Origin: Camelus dromedarius
Taxonomy: Eukaryota
Direction of reading: 5' to 3'
Length of the DNA stretch: 64,000 nt
Assembly (NCBI RefSeq): GCF_036321535.1
Contig: NC_087447.1
Coordinates: forward strand, 13,578,001 to 13,642,000
Under the pieces are notes generated by a model. It did not search any database, was not told the origin of the DNA, and was given only the letters and a program-made list of their open reading frames with translations. Below, in pieces: positions 63,582-64,000 of the stretch. Every line of letters begins with the position of its first letter. The stretch's first letter is position 1. The translations under genes and the position numbers were made by a program.

Positions 63582-64000
63582 GTTGTGGGTATGAAATAGA
63601 TCAACAGCAATATTCTTGAACACTCATTATACCCAGCGCTATAGCTAGAACTAAGTTTTATTTTAAAAGAGGAAAAACAATTATACATTTTTAAAGGTGT
63701 AGAACAGTAGGAAAAAAGTCTTCAAAGTGCATTTATCAAAATATACTTTTTCTGACCTTTCTAAATGTGAGAGGCTTATAAATGTTCTCCCACCACGGCA
63801 AATAAAAACTTTTACTTACCACAGTCCCAAGAAGAGAGCATTTGCACACAAAAGTACTTTCCAACAATTATATTTCCATCATTCCCCGTAGTAGACAGTA
63901 GTCTACAAAAAGAGTTGGAAATAGAATCAGCTGGCATAAAAGAAACGTAATTGATAAAGTCTGCAGAGTTAAGGCAGAAAATACCTGTACATTAAAATCT

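Noticed and set aside
63814-63820. Perfect minus-strand donor GTG|GTAAGT near the window end
   Set aside because: A single short motif is expected by chance in 64 kb, the nearest same-strand OR is 19 kb away, and there is no supporting exon evidence.
1-64000. CRISPR arrays, rRNA, prokaryotic-type systems or a novel protein-coding gene
   Set aside because: No repeat-spacer arrays, rRNA-like segments or non-OR, non-transposon coding signal were seen. The remaining short ORFs are AT-rich, mostly use non-ATG starts and often overlap repeats.

Overview
Mammalian genomic DNA, most likely a camelid: it carries a vic-1-like tRNA-derived SINE and camelid-type L1 3' ends. The window is part of a class II olfactory receptor cluster (OR4A/OR4C). 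It holds seven near-full-length OR loci plus one heavily decayed OR remnant that the ORF track misses. Five are intact ORFs resembling human OR4A47 (-), OR4C46 (+), OR4C12 (-), OR4C5 (+) and OR4C45 (+). One OR4A-type gene is intact except that its ATG has become AAG, one OR4C-type gene has a single internal TAG, and one 5'-truncated pseudogene lies at about 10.95-11.69 kb. The rest is AT-rich DNA full of L1, L2, MIR, LTR and hAT remnants. All N-runs fall inside L1s, and three checked against L1 ORF2 keep its reading register. The most interesting signals are regulatory. (1) A ~2.3 kb tandem duplication of a promoter/first-exon unit sits upstream of the OR4C46-like gene, with a tail-less SINE exactly at the junction; this suggests an OR gene was deleted and left an orphan promoter. 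(2) A homeodomain + O/E (Lhx2/Ebf-like) composite motif is shared by three promoter units. (3) Homologous uORF-bearing 5' exons precede the two OR4A genes. (4) A TSD-bounded L1 fragment carries a non-L1 tail. (5) The OR4C45-like gene may have a spliced N-terminal extension. No fundamentally new system can be demonstrated from sequence alone. Gene symbols and repeat family names come from recalled sequences and need database confirmation, and repeat boundaries are approximate.
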